Source: Deltaproteobacteria bacterium (GTDB lineage Bacteria > Myxococcota_A > UBA9042 > DTJE01). From it: a DNA stretch of 46,152 nucleotides. A program made the position numbers and the translations under genes. The notes under the pieces were generated by a model. It saw only the letters and a program-made list of their open reading frames with translations. It had not been told where the DNA came from and ran no database searches. This document shows positions 24,794-34,900 of the stretch, piece after piece. Location of the stretch: the NCBI GenBank assembly GCA_016784945.1, contig JADHTP010000002.1, positions 1 to 46,152 on the forward strand, written 5' to 3'. Within the stretch, counting starts at the first letter, position 1. Each line of letters begins with the position of its first letter.

Positions 24794-27184
24794 ATGGATT
24801 CTGCGGCCGGTTTCCCCTCCATCGGGGACAAACTCAGCGGAAGGTTCCGGATCGTTTTCGGCAGGGGCTCGGGCCCTCTCGGAGTGGTCTACAAGGCCCT
24901 GGACCTGGCCTTGGACCTCCCGGTGGCCGTGAAGGTCTTCAAGCCGGAGTTGTTCCAATCGGAATTCAAGGAACAGAACCAGCTGCGTCTCTACCGGGCA
25001 CGGGCCTACCAGGATCCGAACCTGGTCAAGATCTACGAGGTCATGTACGAGCAGGGCCTCAACTTCATCACCTGCCAGTTGATGGAGGGCATGTCGCTGG
25101 CCGCCATCCTGGACCTTCATGCCGAAAGCGGCGAACACTTCACGATCCAGAAGGTTCGCGCCATCGTGACCCGCGTCACGACCGGTCTGGAGGTGATCCA
25201 CGGGGCCGGGGCCAACCACGGCAACCTGAAGCCCCAGAACATCTTCGTGCTCCCTGATCGCCTGGCGCTGTCCGATCCCTACTATCTGTTGTCACAACGC
25301 CTCCAGGAAGGTGAAGAGATCCCGGTGGAAGATTACTACCGGGGACCGGAACAGCTGTCCGACTCTTCCATGGACCTCAAGGAAACCGACATCTATTCAC
25401 TGGCGCTCATTGCCGGGGAACTGATCACCGGCAACCCGGTCCAGCCCGGTATGGCCCTGTCGGAGCAGGTCCCGAGGTTGACCGACCGCCTGGACGAGTT
25501 CTTCCTGAAAGCCACCTCCATCGAGCCCTTCGAGCGCTACCGGAACCTGGAAGAGTTCAACGCGAGCCTCATGGGAATCCTCGAAACGGTGGAATCCGAA
25601 GGCCTGTGGAAGCGCCGGTACCACGAAACGGGTTCGTTCAGGGCCATCAAGGTCCAGGTCCCCGAGGGGGATTCGGGTATCGAGCCTCTTCCGGAAGAAA
25701 CGGCCGAGCCCGCACCGGCGCCCGAACCGGAACCGGCGCCACAGCCCGAAGTCGAAGCCGTTGCCGTGCCGGAGGTCCAGGACGCCATCGAAACCGAAGA
25801 AGTGAAGGTGGTCGAAGAGGCTGTCGAAGTCGAAGAGGCTGTCGAAGTCGAAGAGGTTGTCGAAGTCGAGGAAGTCACCGAAGCCGAAGATGTCATCGAG
25901 GCCGAGGAAGCCGTCGAGGTTGAGGAAGTCCCCGAAGCCGAAGAAGCCATCGAGGCCGAGGAAGAAATCGAGGAAGTGGTCGAGGAAGTGGTGGAAGTCG
26001 AGGACGCAGAAGGTGTTCTCGTGGAAGGTGAAGACGTTTCCGAAGAGGATGACCTGGAGGAAGGCATCGAAGTCCTGCCCGAGGACATGCCCCCGCCCCC
26101 GCCTGAAGCAACCGAGGAAGACGGGCCCGAAGCCCATGGAACCGTCATGGGCATGCCTGCGGTATCACCCGATGAGCTGGACACCGAGGACGGGATCGAG
26201 ATCGAAACACCGCCGGTCCCCGCCGAAGCCCTGGTGGAAGACGAAGCAGGAGACCTGCCGCCCGAGGCGGCGGACGGCGACCTGGAGATGGAATCCGTGG
26301 CTCCCCCCACCATGGCCCCCTTCGAAAAGGTTGAAGGCATCCCGACGGGCGGCCCACCCACGGAGCAGGAACCGGCACCGATCAGGACGTTCGTGCTTCT
26401 GTTTTCCCTTTTCGTCGTGGTGGGTGGCGCTGCCGTTCTCATGTACATGAAGTTCAGCGAGACCGACAAGGAAACCGCCCAAACCCCGCCTCCCGCGAAA
26501 ATCGAGGCCGCTGCGCCCAAGGCCCCGGCCGCGAAACCGCCGGCGCCCAAGCCGCCCCCTCCGCCTCCCACGAAGCCGCCCGAACCCGTGGCCGCCCCAG
26601 TGGTCCAGGATGTGGCAGTGAGCTTGGATGCGGGTGTCCCGGCCGAACCGGCGCCCGAACCGGAGCCCGAACCACCTACCCGTACCCTGGCCGACAATCT
26701 CCGTTGCCCGGCGGGGATGGCCAAGGTGGTACTGGACGCCGGTCTGATCGACACGGCCGACGCCGCCGCGAAAAAGGCGGCCTTCTGCATGGACGCCTAC
26801 GAATATCCCGGCATGGGCCAAAAGCCCAAGACCAAGATCAACATGGGGTCCTCGAAGAAGCTGTGCAAGAAGGCGGGCAAGCAGTTATGCTCCGTCGCCC
26901 AGTGGAAAAAGGCGTGTGCTGCCACCTACCCCTACGGTGATACCTACAAGGCCGGGGCCTGCAACGTAGAGGGCGCCATCAAGGAAACCGGGTCGTTCCC
27001 TGACTGCGTAACCCCCTCCGGCATCTACGACCTGGTTGGAAACGCCTCGGAGTGGGCTTCGGACAAGAGGCTTCACGGAGGCGACACGGCTGGTGGAAAG
27101 GGCAATACCTGCAGCGCCGAGAGCAAGCGCTTCCTGCCAGGGCCCACCAATGGATTCCGTTGCTGCGCCGACGCCTTGCGCTGA
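24794..27184 (+). CDS. Single-pass membrane protein: an N-terminal Hanks-type (pseudo)kinase domain, an acidic E/V repeat, a TM helix, a Pro-rich linker and a C-terminal FGE-sulfatase (SUMF1-like) domain
   Basis: Kinase-domain motifs are GSGPLGVV, VAVKVF, HGNLKPQN (in place of HRDLKPxN), LSDPYY (in place of DFG), GPE and DIYSLA. The TM helix is IRTFVLLFSLFVVVGGAAVLMYM. The FGE-like part includes FCMDAYEYPG, GNASEWASD and GFRCC. Confidence 0.85.
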   Translation: MDSAAGFPSIGDKLSGRFRIVFGRGSGPLGVVYKALDLALDLPVAVKVFKPELFQSEFKEQNQLRLYRARAYQDPNLVKIYEVMYEQGLNFITCQLMEGMSLAAILDLHAESGEHFTIQKVRAIVTRVTTGLEVIHGAGANHGNLKPQNIFVLPDRLALSDPYYLLSQRLQEGEEIPVEDYYRGPEQLSDSSMDLKETDIYSLALIAGELITGNPVQPGMALSEQVPRLTDRLDEFFLKATSIEPFERYRNLEEFNASLMGILETVESEGLWKRRYHETGSFRAIKVQVPEGDSGIEPLPEETAEPAPAPEPEPAPQPEVEAVAVPEVQDAIETEEVKVVEEAVEVEEAVEVEEVVEVEEVTEAEDVIEAEEAVEVEEVPEAEEAIEAEEEIEEVVEEVVEVEDAEGVLVEGEDVSEEDDLEEGIEVLPEDMPPPPPEATEEDGPEAHGTVMGMPAVSPDELDTEDGIEIETPPVPAEALVEDEAGDLPPEAADGDLEMESVAPPTMAPFEKVEGIPTGGPPTEQEPAPIRTFVLLFSLFVVVGGAAVLMYMKFSETDKETAQTPPPAKIEAAAPKAPAAKPPAPKPPPPPPTKPPEPVAAPVVQDVAVSLDAGVPAEPAPEPEPEPPTRTLADNLRCPAGMAKVVLDAGLIDTADAAAKKAAFCMDAYEYPGMGQKPKTKINMGSSKKLCKKAGKQLCSVAQWKKACAATYPYGDTYKAGACNVEGAIKETGSFPDCVTPSGIYDLVGNASEWASDKRLHGGDTAGGKGNTCSAESKRFLPGPTNGFRCCADALR
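25811..26003 (+). repeat. Coding tandem repeat, about nine 18-nt units (GTCGAAGAGGCTGTCGAA-like) followed by 12-nt units, encoding (V/A)EE(A/V)VE
   Basis: The repeat was read directly. The first two units are identical and the later units diverge. Confidence 0.85.
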
Positions 27185-27194
27185 ACGAGCCACG

Positions 27195-28493
27195 ATGATC
27201 GAACGGTATTCCACCCCCGAAATGCGCCACATCTGGTCACCTCACCGCCGATGGGAGATCTTCCTGGACGTGGAACTGGCCTACCTCGATGCCCTGGAAG
27301 AAGACGGGATCGCCCCGGCGGGCGGCGCCGAACGCATCCGGGAAACGGTCAAGCTGGATCCGGGCCGCATCGAGGAGTTGGAGGCCACGTTACGGCACGA
27401 CGTGATCGCCTTCCTGGCTCACGTGGAGGAACAGGCCGGCGATGCCACGGCCTTCATGCACTATGGAATGACCTCTTCCGATGCCCTGGATACGGTGACC
27501 GGCCTCCAGCTCAAGGAAGCGGCCGGACTCATCCGGCAGCGGCTGGTGGAACTGGAATCGGCGCTTTGGAGCCTGGCCGATGGCCACCGGGAGACCACGG
27601 TGACCGGGCGGACCCACGGGATGCATGCCGAGGCCACATCCTTCGGTCTCCTGGTCCTGGGTTGGCGCGAAGCCGTCTGCAGGGGACTGGAACGATTCGA
27701 CGGCGCCGTGAAGAGGGTGGCTGTGGGCAAGTTCTCCGGGGCCGTGGGCAACCTGGCCTTTGGTGACCCCGACCGCGAGGTCCGGGTGTTGAAACGCCTG
27801 GGGCTGGAGGTGGAGCCGGTGGCCACCCAGGTGGTGGCCCGGGACCGCCATGCGGAGTTCTTCAGCACGCTGGCCGTGATCGGGGGAACACTGGAGCAGA
27901 TCGCGGTCAACATCCGTCATATGCAGCGCAGTGAGGTCGGCGAGGTCCACGAGTCCTTCGGCGGCGGGCAGCGCGGCAGTTCAGCCATGCCCCACAAGAA
28001 GAATCCCATCGACAGTGAAAACGTCACCGGTCAGTCACGGCTCCTGAGATCCTATGCCCTGGCCTCCCTGGAAAACATCGCCCTGTGGCACGAACGGGAT
28101 ATCAGCCATTCCAGCGTGGAGCGCATGATCGGGCCCGACGCCACGGCCACCATGGAATTCACCCTCAGGCGGCTCACGCGCATCGTGACGAACCTGGTAG
28201 TGCACGAAGACCGGATGTCTGAAAACCTCGCCGGTTCGGGCGGGCTCGTGTTCTCCGAGGGCGTTTTGCTGGCCCTGGTGCGAAAGGGATTGAAGCGACA
28301 GGATGCCTACGGGTACGTGCAGCGCGCCGCCCTGAAGGCCGCCGGCGACGGATCGAGCTTCGAAGACAACCTCGTGGCCGACGCCGAAGTGCGGGCCCTC
28401 CTGTCCGAAGATGAGATCCGGACCTGCTTTTCCGTCCGGGAGCACCTGAAGTTCCGCGACGCGATCTTCGAACGACGTACCCGGTCCCGGTAA
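27195..28493 (+). CDS. purB: Adenylosuccinate lyase
   Basis: The N terminus is MIERYSTPEMRHIWSP and the signature GSSAMPHKKNP is present. I chose the ATG at 27195. The ORF-track extension to 27036 overlaps the upstream gene. Confidence 0.97.
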   Translation: MIERYSTPEMRHIWSPHRRWEIFLDVELAYLDALEEDGIAPAGGAERIRETVKLDPGRIEELEATLRHDVIAFLAHVEEQAGDATAFMHYGMTSSDALDTVTGLQLKEAAGLIRQRLVELESALWSLADGHRETTVTGRTHGMHAEATSFGLLVLGWREAVCRGLERFDGAVKRVAVGKFSGAVGNLAFGDPDREVRVLKRLGLEVEPVATQVVARDRHAEFFSTLAVIGGTLEQIAVNIRHMQRSEVGEVHESFGGGQRGSSAMPHKKNPIDSENVTGQSRLLRSYALASLENIALWHERDISHSSVERMIGPDATATMEFTLRRLTRIVTNLVVHEDRMSENLAGSGGLVFSEGVLLALVRKGLKRQDAYGYVQRAALKAAGDGSSFEDNLVADAEVRALLSEDEIRTCFSVREHLKFRDAIFERRTRSR

Positions 28494-28638
28494 TATGACC
28501 AAGACTCCGTTGACGAAGTCCTGTACCATGCCTCGATAACGGGGCCGGTGAAGTGTTCCGGCGCTCTGGCGTGGCTGTGTGGCGGCGGCCGGACAATGGC
28601 GTCCAGGCGGCTGCCCAACTGATAACGGGCGAGAGGTC

Positions 28639-28914
28639 ATGGCAAAGAATGAAGTCGTTCAGATGTCCGTGGTTGTCCTTCCCAAGGAAGAGATCCTGGA
28701 TCCCCAGGGGAAGGCCGTGATAGGTGCCCTCAAGAGCCTGGGATTCGACGAGGTCCGTGACTGTCGCATCGGAAAGGTGGTTCGGCTGAAGCTGGAGGCC
28801 CCCGGGAAGGACGCGGCGGCCATCCGGGAGCGGGTGTCGGAGATGGCATCGTCCCTGCTGTCAAATCCCATCACGGAGGACTTCGATGTGGTCGTCGAGG
28901 AAGGGAACGGATAG
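28639..28914 (+). CDS. purS: Phosphoribosylformylglycinamidine synthase subunit PurS
   Basis: The 91-aa protein contains VLPKEEILDPQGKAVIGALKSLGFDEVRDCRIGKVV and NPITEDF. The SD GAGAGG precedes the ATG. Confidence 0.95.
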   Translation: MAKNEVVQMSVVVLPKEEILDPQGKAVIGALKSLGFDEVRDCRIGKVVRLKLEAPGKDAAAIRERVSEMASSLLSNPITEDFDVVVEEGNG

Positions 28915-28916
28915 AC

Positions 28917-29606
28917 ATGAAGGTCTCGATTATCGTGTTTCCCGGCAGCAACTGCGACCGTGACTGCCATCACGTGATGTCCCGGGTACTGGGGCAGGAC
29001 GCCGATTATGTGTTCCACAAGGAAAAGGCGCTGCCCGACACCGACCTCGTTATCCTGCCGGGGGGATTTTCCTACGGCGACTATCTGCGGTCGGGCGCCA
29101 TCGCCCGGTTTTCGCCCATCATGGACGATGTAGTGCGGTTCGCCGAAAAGGGCGGCCTGGTGCTGGGCATCTGCAACGGGTTCCAGGTCCTGCTGGAAGT
29201 GGGCCTGCTGCCGGGCGCCATGCGTCCGAACCGGGCGGGCCAGTTCGTGTGCAGCGACGTATTCCTCAAGGTGGACAACCGGGACACTCCCCTGACCCGC
29301 ACGGTGGAGGAGGGGCGAACCCTCACTATTCCAGTCGCCCATGCGGACGGAAACTACTATGCGCCGCCGGGGGTCCTCCAGGAGATCGAAGACAACGGCC
29401 AGGTGCTGTTCCGGTACGTGGACCGTAAAGGCCGTGTCCGGGACAGCGCCAATCCCAACGGTTCCATGAATAGCATCGCGGGAGTGATGAACCGTCAGGG
29501 GAACTGTTTTGGCATGATGCCTCACCCGGAACGGGCCAGCGAGGCCTGCCTTGGCAGTGAGGACGGAAAGATCCTGTTCGATTCGTTGATCCAGGCGAGG
29601 GGCTGA
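28917..29606 (+). CDS. purQ: Phosphoribosylformylglycinamidine synthase glutaminase subunit PurQ
   Basis: Matching blocks are IIVFPGSNCDRD, GGFSYGDYLR, the catalytic GICNGFQ, and MMPHPER. Confidence 0.97.
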   Translation: MKVSIIVFPGSNCDRDCHHVMSRVLGQDADYVFHKEKALPDTDLVILPGGFSYGDYLRSGAIARFSPIMDDVVRFAEKGGLVLGICNGFQVLLEVGLLPGAMRPNRAGQFVCSDVFLKVDNRDTPLTRTVEEGRTLTIPVAHADGNYYAPPGVLQEIEDNGQVLFRYVDRKGRVRDSANPNGSMNSIAGVMNRQGNCFGMMPHPERASEACLGSEDGKILFDSLIQARG

Positions 29607-29611
29607 ATTCA

Positions 29612-31813
29612 ATGAAGGCGACCATGAAGGACCTGGCCCTGGCCCAGGGCATCAGTGAGAAGGAATGGGAAGACATCCTGGAAGTCCTGGGACGGGATCC
29701 CAGCGAGGCCGAGGTGGCTGTCTTTGCCGCCATGTGGAACGAGCACGTTTCGTACAAGTCATCCCGCCTGCACCTGAAGAAGTTTCCCACCACGGGCCAA
29801 AGGGTCATCGTGGGCCCCGGCGAGAATGCCGGTGTCCTCGACGTGGGCGGCGGTTGGGCGGCCTGCTTCAAGATGGAAAGCCACAACCATCCGTCCTACA
29901 TCGAACCCTTCCAGGGAGCCGCCACGGGCGTGGGCGGGATCCTGCGCGACATCTTCACCATGGGGGCCAGGCCCATTGCGGGACTGAACTCGCTGCGTTT
30001 CGGATCCCCCGACCATCCCCGGACCGGGTACCTGGTGAACGGAGTCGTGTCCGGCATCGCCTACTACGGGAATTGCATCGGGGTGCCCACGGTGGGTGGA
30101 GAATTGCACTACGACCCCACCTACGACGGGAACATCCTGGTCAATGTCTTCACCATCGGGGTCCAGCGTGCCGATAGCGTCTTCTACGGGAGCGCCTCGG
30201 TGCCGGGCAGCGTGGTGATCTACATCGGGTCAGCCACGGGTCGGGACGGGATCCACGGCGCCAGTATGGCCAGTCATGCCTTCGAGGAAGATGCGGATCA
30301 AAAGAGGCCCACGGTGCAGGTGGGTGACTCGTTCGCCGAAAAGGTGCTGCTGGAGGCGTGCCTCGAGTTGATGGACCGGGGCCTCATCCTGGGAATCCAG
30401 GACATGGGCGCTGCGGGTCTGACCTGCTCGACCTTCGAAATGGCGGCCCGTGGCGGCACGGGCATGGAGGTGGACTTGTCCAAGGTCCCCATGCGCGCCA
30501 CCGGCATGACGGCTGCCGAGGTCCTGCTGTCGGAATCCCAGGAAAGGATGCTCCTGGTCACTTCGCCGGGCAGTGAACTCGCGGTGTTGGGATTGCTGGA
30601 AAACTGGGACCTGTGGGGCGCCATTGTCGGCCGTGTCACGGATACCGGTCGGATGGAGATGACGTTCGATGGCGAAAAGGTCGTGGACCTGGACGTCCTC
30701 CTTCTGACGGACAAGGCTCCACTCTACGATCGCCCCCGGTCCGAACCGGAAGACCTGGCGCAGCGCCGGACCCTGCCGCCCATCGAAGCCGACGGCAAGG
30801 AACTGTGGGAAGATTTTCTGGCGTTGCTGGACGACCCCGAGTTCCGCAGCAAGCGGCCCATCTTTCAGCAGTACGACCACATGGTCCAGGTGGGTAGCGT
30901 GATCCGGCCGGGCGAGGCGGATGCCGCCGTACTACGCATACCCGAGGATCCCCCGAGGGGCCTGGCCGTGGTTTCCGATGGCAACGCCCCCATGACCTGG
31001 TTGGATCCGCGGATCGGCGGATTCAACATCGTGGCCGAATCCGTCCTGAACCTGGCTTGTGTAGGTGCCCGTGCCGTGGGGCTTACCGATTGCCTGAACT
31101 TCGGCAACCCCGAGCGGCCGGAAGTGATGTGGGAGTTTGTGGAGGCTGTGGAAGGCATTGCCGAGGCCTGTCGAGCTTTCGATACGCCGGTCACGGGCGG
31201 AAACGTGAGTTTCTATAACGAGACCGCCGGCAGTTCCATCCGTCCGACCCCCGTGGTGGGCGTCGTGGGCGTGATCGACGACGTGGATCGGATAGCCCGG
31301 GCCGGGTTCCAGAACCAGGGCGATGATGTGGTTCTGCTTGGTCAGACCGAAGCCTGGCTGGACGGGTCCCTGTACCTGCGCAGCAAGACCGGTGAGATCA
31401 GAGGTCAGCCCATCAAGGCAGAAGTCAATGCCCATGCGGCCCTGTGCGACCTGCTCATCGGGGCCGTGGGAGAGAAACTGGTCAACAGCGCCCATGACGT
31501 GTCCGACGGCGGAATCCTGTTCGCCCTGGCGGAATGCATCGTGTCGTCGCCTGCCCTGCACGGTGCGGTCCTGGACCTGTCCTGGGCCTCGGACGATCCC
31601 GTGTCGCGCCTCTTCGGCGAGGCGCCCTCTAAGGTCCTGGTCACTGTGTCTCCCGATGGCGCCAAGCGCCTGGAAGGCATGGCCCGGGCACTGGACGTTC
31701 CCTACCTGCGCCTGGGTACGGTGGGTGGCCGCGACATGCGGGTGGACCCGTTCTTTACCGTCCCAGTGGAATCCATCGCCGCCCGACACACCACCCCGCC
31801 TCCCGGTATGTAG
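29612..31813 (+). CDS. purL: Phosphoribosylformylglycinamidine synthase subunit PurL
   Basis: Matching blocks are MWNEHVSYKSS and ESHNHPSYIEPFQGAATGVGGILRD. The size is 733 aa. Confidence 0.97.
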   Translation: MKATMKDLALAQGISEKEWEDILEVLGRDPSEAEVAVFAAMWNEHVSYKSSRLHLKKFPTTGQRVIVGPGENAGVLDVGGGWAACFKMESHNHPSYIEPFQGAATGVGGILRDIFTMGARPIAGLNSLRFGSPDHPRTGYLVNGVVSGIAYYGNCIGVPTVGGELHYDPTYDGNILVNVFTIGVQRADSVFYGSASVPGSVVIYIGSATGRDGIHGASMASHAFEEDADQKRPTVQVGDSFAEKVLLEACLELMDRGLILGIQDMGAAGLTCSTFEMAARGGTGMEVDLSKVPMRATGMTAAEVLLSESQERMLLVTSPGSELAVLGLLENWDLWGAIVGRVTDTGRMEMTFDGEKVVDLDVLLLTDKAPLYDRPRSEPEDLAQRRTLPPIEADGKELWEDFLALLDDPEFRSKRPIFQQYDHMVQVGSVIRPGEADAAVLRIPEDPPRGLAVVSDGNAPMTWLDPRIGGFNIVAESVLNLACVGARAVGLTDCLNFGNPERPEVMWEFVEAVEGIAEACRAFDTPVTGGNVSFYNETAGSSIRPTPVVGVVGVIDDVDRIARAGFQNQGDDVVLLGQTEAWLDGSLYLRSKTGEIRGQPIKAEVNAHAALCDLLIGAVGEKLVNSAHDVSDGGILFALAECIVSSPALHGAVLDLSWASDDPVSRLFGEAPSKVLVTVSPDGAKRLEGMARALDVPYLRLGTVGGRDMRVDPFFTVPVESIAARHTTPPPGM

Positions 31814-31858
31814 ATCTCCTCGCAATAGCCCGTTGCCTACAGCCAATAGCGTAGGGTC

Positions 31859-31944
31859 CAACGTCTATCGATAAACGTCTAACGACGGACGTACTTGTCC
31901 ACGATATCTACCGTCGTTGTACGTTGGACGTTCAGCGTTGGACG
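31859..31944. repeat. Lower-GC convergent intergenic region with short direct and inverted repeats
   Basis: AACGTCTA occurs twice (31859-66 and 31874-81). The palindrome TATCGATA lies at 31866-73. A hairpin AACGACGG-N22-CCGTCGTT spans 31881-31918. CGTTGGACG occurs twice (31922-30 and 31936-44). Confidence 0.5.
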
Positions 31945-31982
31945 AGAGAAGGCAGCCAGGAAAAGTCGAGCGAGGCCCCTAC

Positions 31983-34900
31983 TTACGGACAGACGTTGCC
32001 GCAGATGGGTCCGCAGTCCACACCGGCCTCGGTGCCGTTCTGCAGGCCGTCAGAGCACGAGAACTCGCAGTCCACGCCATGGTGACCCTGGATGCAATCC
32101 CAAGCGGAATCGTTCTGTGAGTTCGGAGGTCCGCCGAGGGGTGAACCCGCATTGGGCAGGACACCGAGGTCGGCCGTATTGGCCGCACCCTGGGCCCGTC
32201 CCGAACCCACATTCATCTGGCCCCAAATGGACTGCACGTAGCAGGGATCCGCCGGGTTGCCGAGACACCCCGGCCCGCCCTGCTCAAGGTCGCTGGATCC
32301 GCCGCCACCGAGAGTCGAGGTGTAGCCCGTGACCCGGCAGCCCTTGCAACATCCGCCCACATCGCAGCAGAAGTGCATCTGGCAGGTGCTGGTCACACCC
32401 ATACAGTCCGTGGCCTCGTTGCAGGCCCAGTCGTTGGGCAGATCCGGCTGACAGATCATGGTGTGTGAAGCCGGATCGTCCTCGGCCGGCGGGTGGTTGT
32501 CCGCATCGTACGGGCAAAGCTCCATGCCAGGCGGGCAGGGCGGATCCGCACATTCCAGCGTGCAGCCAACGGGTGCGGGTGGGTCGCAATGGGCGTTGGG
32601 ATCGCACTCGGTATCCTGTTCGCAGTAGGCCGGGCAGGGCGGATCGATCTGGTCCGCCGTGCCGTCGCAGTACACCGACAGGAAGTAGCCGCACTGGTCG
32701 GACACCAGGCTGGCGACGCAACCCGTATCGTCGTCCACGTCCTCGCTGCCGCAGGTGAACCCGGCGGTGCAATTGGCATCGACGCGGTGGCCACGACATT
32801 CCGATGCATCGTCACACACCGAAGGCGCCCAGTAACCGGTCTGAGATGCCTTGGTGGGGCACACGTCCGGATTGGCCGTGTCGGGTCCAAGGTTGATGGC
32901 GCAACAGTCGCCAGTCAGGCAGCAGTAGCCGTTTTGGCAGTGGCCGTCCAGTTCGTCATCAGAGAAGTTCTTGCAGTCCGAATCCTCGTTGCACGGGTAG
33001 CCGTAGGGAAGGTCGGCCTGGCACTTGACCTCGCCCGCGTCCACGTCGGCCTGCGAACAACCGCTGTTGTCCGAGATGCACGGGTCGCAATGGGCGATGT
33101 CGTCGCACAGGGCGTCGTTCTCCACGCCGCCGTCCAGACAGGAAGTCATACATTCCGGATCGGTGGCCTGCCACACGTTCTGGCCCGGACCTGCCACGGG
33201 GTACGGCTCCTGTGTGCAGGAACCGACCGGTGCGTCGGGATCAGGCGGGTTGGGTGCGGCCGGGCAGAACACCGGGATGAACAGACCGCAGTTGTCGGAC
33301 AGCGAGCCGTCACAGGCGCAATCGTCTTCCGCCAGGACCTGACCACACTGGTAGTCAACGCAGACCGGATCCTTGCGTTCACCTTCGCACCCGGCCGTGT
33401 CGTTGCAAGCCGGGGTCACGGTGTAACTGACCGGACACTCGAGCGCCCCGGGCTCATCATTGGTCGGGCAACAGTCGCCGGCCAGGCAGCAGTAGCCGTT
33501 CTGGCAGTGGCCGGAGATGCAGTCCGAAGTCTCGTTGCACTCGCTTCCATCGGCCCAGTCCGGGATGCAGATCTTGCTGTCCGGGTAATTGGCATCCGGC
33601 TGAGTGGGGAAGCCGTCCGGGTCGCAGTGTGAACCGTTGTCGCAGTCGAAGTCATTGGTGCAGACCGTCAGGCATGCCGGCTCCCACTGGGCACCGGGCA
33701 CGAGAGGTCCGTAGTCCCCGCAGAACGTGGACACGAACAGTTCACACGTGTTGGCCTCGACGCTGTTGTCGCAGGCCGTGTCATCATGCACCTGGATCTT
33801 GTTGCAGATATGGTTGATGCAGTTGGCATCGTCGCGGTGACCCTGACAGTCATTCAGGAACTCGCCGACCGGTGCGTCGGCATCGCATACCTGCGGGCCG
33901 CGGTAAGGCGCCGGGCAAACGGCCTGCGCCGAAACCCAGTCGGCCTCGGACTTGATGGCATCCGGGTCGTCGTCGGTTCCCCAGTTGGTCCAGGCGCCGC
34001 TGGGACAGCAATCGTTGAGTCCGCTCGGACCGGGATCACAGCAGTAGCCGTTGCGGCAGTGTCCGCTGAGGCAATCCAGGTCCTCCGACTTCCGGCAGAG
34101 CCCGCCCAGGCAGTCGCTGTAAGGCGTGTAGGGCGGCAGGAGCACGGGGCAGTCACCCACGTCCACGCAAGCGGGCGGGCTGAGAGGCACCGTGTCGATG
34201 CAGTAGTCTCCGTCGGGAAGCAGTGCCTTCAGGCGCAGGTCGAACTGGTAGGCGCCGTAATCATAGGCGCCACCGTTGGTGTCCACCCCCACATAGTAGA
34301 CGCCGGGTTGGAGCTGGTTGTCGATGACCTCGTTGTCAACGCCGGCGGGGAAGATGTTGGCGCACAGTTCGTCGGTACCCGGTACACATGTGCCGGTCTG
34401 CATGCACGCCTCCGATTTGATGAAGGCGATCATGTCCTGGCCGAAGCCCTGCTGGAGCACCAGGGTTGCCCGCTTGGGCACGGTGATCTCGAACTTGTAG
34501 AGGCGATCATGTCCCGATCCGCCGCCGCAGTTCGATGACGTGCTGTTGACGGAGCACTCGGTGGTGCCCGCGAACTGGGTTGCCGGGTCGATGTCCAGGT
34601 TGCCCAGGTCGATGGCGTCTTCCCAGCGGTGTCCCAGGTTGAGGTTGGGGTCGTCACTTCCCTTCACGTAGACCTTCCATTCGTGCAGGTATCCGCCGTT
34701 ACCGCTTCCGGTGTCGCAGACCCTGATGTACCAGTCGCCCGCGGCGTCCTCACCCTTCAGGGAGCACAGGGGAAGGCCCGACGTCAGGATACCCGGATAG
34801 GGCACGGGCAGTGACAGGTCGAAGGTATTGTGGAAGTTGTCGTTGGACCCACCGATATGGTCCCACATGATGTGCACATAGCCCTGCGGATCCACCACCT

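Noticed and set aside
23756-25219. A 487-aa minus-strand ORF opposite the radical SAM and kinase genes
   Set aside because: It is an antisense artefact spanning two well-supported plus-strand genes and their intergenic promoter.
26700-27184. The FGE/CLec-fold C terminus as a diversity-generating retroelement (DGR) variable region
   Set aside because: There is no reverse transcriptase gene and no template-repeat copy nearby (purB follows after 10 nt). There is also no Asn-codon-rich variable tract.
27036-27194. An N-terminal extension of purB in the ORF track
   Set aside because: It overlaps the end of the kinase-FGE gene in another frame. The canonical PurB N terminus MIERYSTPEM starts at 27195.
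28494-28638. A ZTP (pfl)-like riboswitch ahead of purS, because of a GCCGCCTGG-like box
   Set aside because: The box is on the minus strand relative to the pur genes, and the 5' conserved half was not found. The spacer is more likely just a promoter or spacer.
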